50,324 bases of DNA from Candidatus Dormiibacterota bacterium. GTDB lineage: Bacteria; Chloroflexota; Dormibacteria; Aeolococcales; Aeolococcaceae. The DNA lies in contig DAITPY010000008.1 in assembly GCA_036833315.1 (NCBI GenBank), forward strand, positions 1 to 50,324, read 5' to 3'. Below the pieces are notes generated by a model. That model was not told the origin of the DNA. It saw only the letters and a list, made by a program, of their open reading frames with translations, and ran no database searches. Position numbers and translations under genes: made by a program. This document shows, in pieces, positions 45,885 through 50,324 of this stretch (positions are counted from its first letter, which is position 1; each line of letters begins with the position of its first letter).

Positions 45885-48704
45885 TCACGCGTGTCCCGGC
45901 AGGTCCTGGTCGGCGTGCAGCACCGGCGCGAAGAGGTCGCCTTTTTCCGCGACCCGCGCGGCGATCGAGGCGATCGTCCAGCGATCGGGACGCAGCTCCG
46001 GATCGTCGAGCTCCTCCCATGCGATGGGCGTGGACACCGGAGCTCCTGGCGCCGGGCGCAGCGAATAGGGCGCTGCGAGCGTCTTGTTGATGATGTTCTG
46101 CGTGTAGTCGATGCGGATGCGCCCGGTTCGTTTGGCGACCGCCCACTCCCAGCTCACCCGTCCGGGAGCAGCCTGGTCGATCGCGCGGCCGACCTCCTCG
46201 ACCCAGTTGCGCACCGCCGTGTAGTCCGGTCCACGCCGGACCGGGACGTAGATCTGCAGGCCGGTCTGTCCACTCGTCTTGACGACGCCGTGCATCGCGT
46301 AGTGGTCGAGCGCTGCTTTGACGAGCTTGGCGATGTCGATGACGTCACCAAACGTCGCCGGCTCGAAGGGATCGAGGTCGAAGACGGCCCAATCCGGCTG
46401 GTTGGGCTCGTCGATTCGCGAATGCCACGGGTGCAGATCGATCACGCCCGCGTTGGCCACCCACGCGAGGGTCGCGATCTCGTTGACGACGATGTACGTC
46501 TTGGTCTTCTCGCCGTGGTACGTCCACGAGTCGATCCAGGCCGGTGCGTGCGCCGGTTTGTCCTTGCGCCAGAACGATTTGCCATCGATACCATCGGGGA
46601 ACACCTGCATCGAGAGCGGGCGGTCGCGAAGGTACGGCAGCATGTGACCGGCCATGCGCACGTAGTACTCGATCATGTCGCGCTTAGTAAGTCCATCTGC
46701 CGGCCACAGCACCTTGTCCAAATTGGTGAGTGGTAGGCGGCGGCCTGCGATCTCCCAGTGCGCGTTGCCGTGCAGCGTGCGGAGGATTTCCAGCGCATTG
46801 ATGATGCCCGGGTCCTGTCTCCTTGGGGGCCCCTCCCCGCCTTCGCGCTTGGTCTCCTTAGGTTTGTCGTCTTTGCTGGAGGGCGACGCATCCTCGTCGC
46901 CAAGCACTCCGGCGGCGCTGCCCCCCAAGGAGCCACCCGGACTCTTCTTTGCTGAAGTCGCTCCTTCTTGGACCATATCCCGCTTGTGAGGGCGCGATCG
47001 CCGACTGCGCGATGCGCCAACTACGGCCGATGCCGTCGCCGGCGATTCGCGGAACGTGTCTTCGATGCGTTGGTCGAGTCGCAGGGTTCTGAATGCGGGG
47101 TGGCGAAGCATGCCTTCGCTGGTCCACTCGGAGAAGCGGACCTCGCACACGAGCTCCGGCTTCACCCAGGTCGCGGGTTCCGATGTTTTCGGGACGGGGT
47201 CGATTGGGCTCGTGTCGACGACGAGCGGACGGAGCCGTTCCTTGAGGTCGCGCAGGGTTTTGTCGTCGAAACCGGTCCCGACCTGGCCGCAGTGGACCAG
47301 GCGGCCGTCGTCGAAGAGGGCGAGGATGAGGGCGCCGAGCTGATTGGCGCGCCGCCCGCGACCCGCCGTGTAGCCGACGATCACGCACGACTGGCTGCGC
47401 CAGGATTTGATCTTCACCCAGTCCGGGGTGCGCAGTCCAGGGCGGTACGGCGAGTCGGCGCGCTTGCCCACGATGCCCTCGATGCCTGACTTGCGCGCCT
47501 CCTCGAACAGCGCGACGCCGTCGCGTTCCACGTGCTCGGCAAAGAGGACGTGCGGCGAGTCGACAATGGTTTCGCGGAGTGTCTTCTTGCGAATGCGCAG
47601 CTCGGTGGCGAGCAGGTCACGGCCCTCGAGTTGCAGGAGGTCGAACGCCACGAAGGTCACCGGGTGCTCGGCGGCGACGCGACGAACGTCGACGTCACGG
47701 TGCACGTTGATGCGCTGCTGCAGACGCTCGAAGGACGGACGGCCGTCGACGTCGAGCACGACCAGCTCACCGTCGACGACGGCCTGTCGCGCGCGGATGC
47801 CCGTGCGAATCGCCTGCGCCTCCGGATAGCGCGGCGTCTCGTCGCCACCCCGCCTGCCGGTGATGCGAACGGCGTCCCCCGCGACGCTGACCATGGCGCG
47901 GATGCCGTCGTATTTCAACTCGAAGATCCATCCCTCCTGGGAGAAGGGCTTGTCGACCGGCGTGGCCAGCATCGGAGCCGGCGCCGGCGCGGGCTCGTCG
48001 CTCCCCGCCGCCGGACGGGGTGGCGGAGGTTCTCCGCGAGCGCGGGCGCGCCGCATCTCACGAGGATCACCACCGGCCTCGGCCGCGATCTCTGCCAGGC
48101 TTCTGCCGGTCTTGACGGAAACATCGAGGTCGATCGCCTCGAATCCCTCCACCACCGAGGCGTCGCGCTTCTTGAGCATCAGCCAGTTCTTGGTGCCGTC
48201 GCTGCTCCCCCCGTACTGGCGGCCGCGGTCTCCGATGTGGATGAGCGCGAACTCACCCGTGAGCTTGGAGCCGTACAACCGGAACTTGAGGTCGCCGGCC
48301 TTCAGGGAACGCTCGTAGTCCGCCGCGGTCTCCTTGATCCACTCGAAGGTGCCGATATCCCAGAGCATCACCGTCCCGGCGCCGTATCCGGAGGGGATGA
48401 CGCCCTCGAATTCGCCGTAGTCGATGGGATGGTCCTCGGTCTGGACGGCGAGCCGCTTCCTGGCTGGATCCAGTGTCGGGCCTCTCGGAATCGCCCACGA
48501 GAGCAGCACACCATCGTGTTCGAGCCGGAAATCGAAGTGCATGCGCGTGGCTCGATGTTTCTGCACGCAGAACCGTTGGCCGTGGGGGAGGAGATCCCAG
48601 GCCGAACGCTCCTCGTCCGAGCGCCCGACGGGGTCCCCGCTGGGCTCGGGCGTCTGTTTGAAATCGCGCTTTCGGCGGTATTCTTCGAGAGTACCTTCAG
48701 CCAC
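45885..48704 (-). CDS. ligD: DNA ligase D, phosphoesterase-ligase-polymerase order
   Basis: PE: VQKHRATRMHFDFRLE. LIG: FELKYDG, EGIVGK, WVKIK. POL: LTNLDKVLWP, VFDLDP, KTSGQTG. Confidence 0.96.
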   Translation of the reverse strand: MAEGTLEEYRRKRDFKQTPEPSGDPVGRSDEERSAWDLLPHGQRFCVQKHRATRMHFDFRLEHDGVLLSWAIPRGPTLDPARKRLAVQTEDHPIDYGEFEGVIPSGYGAGTVMLWDIGTFEWIKETAADYERSLKAGDLKFRLYGSKLTGEFALIHIGDRGRQYGGSSDGTKNWLMLKKRDASVVEGFEAIDLDVSVKTGRSLAEIAAEAGGDPREMRRARARGEPPPPRPAAGSDEPAPAPAPMLATPVDKPFSQEGWIFELKYDGIRAMVSVAGDAVRITGRRGGDETPRYPEAQAIRTGIRARQAVVDGELVVLDVDGRPSFERLQQRINVHRDVDVRRVAAEHPVTFVAFDLLQLEGRDLLATELRIRKKTLRETIVDSPHVLFAEHVERDGVALFEEARKSGIEGIVGKRADSPYRPGLRTPDWVKIKSWRSQSCVIVGYTAGRGRRANQLGALILALFDDGRLVHCGQVGTGFDDKTLRDLKERLRPLVVDTSPIDPVPKTSEPATWVKPELVCEVRFSEWTSEGMLRHPAFRTLRLDQRIEDTFRESPATASAVVGASRSRRSRPHKRDMVQEGATSAKKSPGGSLGGSAAGVLGDEDASPSSKDDKPKETKREGGEGPPRRQDPGIINALEILRTLHGNAHWEIAGRRLPLTNLDKVLWPADGLTKRDMIEYYVRMAGHMLPYLRDRPLSMQVFPDGIDGKSFWRKDKPAHAPAWIDSWTYHGEKTKTYIVVNEIATLAWVANAGVIDLHPWHSRIDEPNQPDWAVFDLDPFEPATFGDVIDIAKLVKAALDHYAMHGVVKTSGQTGLQIYVPVRRGPDYTAVRNWVEEVGRAIDQAAPGRVSWEWAVAKRTGRIRIDYTQNIINKTLAAPYSLRPAPGAPVSTPIAWEELDDPELRPDRWTIASIAARVAEKGDLFAPVLHADQDLPGHA

Positions 48705-48927
48705 GTTCGTGACCTGTTGGACGAGATGCCATCGGCCTGGCGCGGACAGTGTCCTTCACATCGCTGATGCTAGTGCAGCGCACCCCGCCAAAAGAGCGAA
48801 ACCGGCCATCGGGCTGGTAGAATAGAGGCATCTGGAACGGCCGATTTGAGCGGTCACCGCTGGACAATCGAGCGGTTTCACCAATCGCCCCATCTCCAAC
48901 ACTCACGTCACCACCGGAGCACCACCG

Positions 48928-50324
48928 ATAACCGACACTGCACGCCCCGAACGCCCCGACGAGGTGGCGGTCGAGCCCACTCCGAGCCCCGCTGACGGCG
49001 GCTCGGGTCCGCATCCCACCGGCTTCGGTCGGGCTGCCAGGGATACGTATTCGGCCGACCAGATCCAGATTCTCGAGGGTCTCGAACCTGTCCGCCGCCG
49101 GCCCGGGATGTACATCGGGTCGACTGATCTCCGAGGCCTGCATCACCTCGTTGTCGAGCTGGTCGACAACAGCATCGACGAGGCGCTTGCGGGTTGGTGC
49201 GACACCGTCAAGGTCGTGCTGCACGCGGACAAATCGGTGTCGGTGCTGGACAACGGCCGCGGCATCCCGGTGGGGATGCATCCCACCGCCAAACGATCCG
49301 CGCTCGAGGTCGTGCTCACCACGCTGCACGCCGGTGGAAAGTTCGGCGGCGGCGGCTACAAGGTTTCCGGCGGCCTGCACGGAGTCGGACTCTCGGTTGT
49401 CAACGCGCTGAGTGAGCGCCTCGAGGTCGAGGTCTACCGCGACGGCGAGGTCCACCACCAGGAGTACACGCGTGGCGTTCCCGACGGCGCGGTCGCGGTC
49501 ATCGGGACGACCGAGCGTCGCGGCACCTATGTCCGGTTCTGGCCCGATCCCGAGATCTTCCCGGAGATCGACTTTTCGTGGGATACCGTGCGCGACTCGC
49601 TGCGCAGCTATGCGTTCCTCAACAAAGGCATCACCATCCAGCTCGCCGACGAGCGCGACGCCATGGCGTACACCTTCCATTTCGAGGGCGGGATCCAGTC
49701 GTTCGTCCGGTACCTCAACGCCAATCGCAATGTCATCAACGTCAAGCCGATGTACATCGAGCGCGAGATCGACGGCAACGTTGTGGAGATAGCGCTCCAG
49801 TACCAGAACACCGTGTTCACCGAGCACGTCCTGGCCTTTGCCAACAACGTGCACACCGAGGAGGGTGGGGCGCACGTCACCGGGTTCCGCACCGCGCTGA
49901 CCGCGACCCTGAACAAGTACGCGCGCAAGGCGGCGATCCTCAAGGAGCAGGATCCCAACCTGACCGGCGACGACGTTCGGGACGGGCTGACGGCGGTGAT
50001 CAGCGTCAAGCTCCGCGAGCCGCAGTTCGAAGGCCAGACCAAGACCAAGCTCGGCAACAGCGAGGTGGCCGGTCAGGTTTCGACGGTCCTGAGCGACGCG
50101 CTCATGCAGTACCTCGAGGAGAACCCCGGCGACGGGCGCAAGATCATCGATCAGTCGCTCACCGCGGCACGCGCGCGTCAGGCGGCTGCCAAGGCGCGCG
50201 ACCTCGTCCAGCGGAAGTCCCTGCTCGAGTCGGCCACGCTGCCCGGAAAGTTGGTGGACTGCAGCGAGCGCGACCCGGCGCACTGCGAGATCTTCATCGT
50301 CGAGGGACTGTCGGCAGGCGGCAC
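48928..50324 (+). CDS. gyrB: DNA gyrase subunit B (or ParE-type paralog), 3'-truncated
   Basis: YSADQIQILEGLEPVRRRPGMYIG, ELVDNSIDE, DNGRGIP, LHAGGKF, GLHGVG, PQFEGQTK. Frame is open from 48850; start is ATA 48928 or GTG 48964; extended -10 TGGTAGAAT at 48815-48823. Confidence 0.93.
   Translation, partial: MTDTARPERPDEVAVEPTPSPADGGSGPHPTGFGRAARDTYSADQIQILEGLEPVRRRPGMYIGSTDLRGLHHLVVELVDNSIDEALAGWCDTVKVVLHADKSVSVLDNGRGIPVGMHPTAKRSALEVVLTTLHAGGKFGGGGYKVSGGLHGVGLSVVNALSERLEVEVYRDGEVHHQEYTRGVPDGAVAVIGTTERRGTYVRFWPDPEIFPEIDFSWDTVRDSLRSYAFLNKGITIQLADERDAMAYTFHFEGGIQSFVRYLNANRNVINVKPMYIEREIDGNVVEIALQYQNTVFTEHVLAFANNVHTEEGGAHVTGFRTALTATLNKYARKAAILKEQDPNLTGDDVRDGLTAVISVKLREPQFEGQTKTKLGNSEVAGQVSTVLSDALMQYLEENPGDGRKIIDQSLTAARARQAAAKARDLVQRKSLLESATLPGKLVDCSERDPAHCEIFIVEGLSAGG

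Noticed and set aside
45885-48704. Unusual LigD domain order, and a long charged, somewhat AT-richer linker near 46750-47050
   Set aside because: PE-LIG-POL is the known Pseudomonas-type order; the linker is in frame with no intein, intron or IS hallmarks.

Overview
High-GC bacterial chromosome segment, densely coding, running from a stand-alone groEL (5' end, minus strand, tandem CIRCE operator) to gyrB (5' part, plus strand). The lineage looks like a high-GC Terrabacteria member (Chloroflexota/Dormibacterota- or Actinomycetota-like); this is inference from composition and protein style only. Layout: (i) 717-7606, an accessory islet with a RmuC/DUF2130-like nuclease, a decayed vapBC, an XRE-nucleotidyltransferase pair, and a three-gene operon (membrane protein, Rad50-like zinc-hook ABC ATPase with PrrC/RloC-type HEPN motifs, small stand-alone HEPN-like ORF); (ii) 7670-19396, housekeeping and metabolic genes (HD hydrolase, SDR, Fur, glycerate kinase, ilvE, pckA, tam, MFS, ccr); (iii) 19417-25340, a signalling cluster (GAF kinase, two response regulators, a receiver-HTH-class III cyclase with an atypical specificity residue, a cNMP-binding protein); (iv) a Topo VI-A-like membrane protein, methylmalonyl-CoA mutase, GGDEF-EAL protein, a peptidase-S51/CysRS-anticodon-domain fusion, queG and a LysM-transglycosylase; (v) 34619-41743, an ApbE flavinylation / heme-membrane / NuoF-like / ferredoxin module tied to an OmpR-family two-component system by 11-bp-period TCYCAG boxes; (vi) 41807-48704, an NHEJ cluster (LigD, HNH, Ku) with a second ligase homolog lacking its catalytic lysine. 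At least ten genes appear leaderless (TAnnnT 6-7 nt before the start codon). No rRNA, tRNA, CRISPR array, integrase or transposase was recognised. All family calls come from motif reading; no database searches were run.
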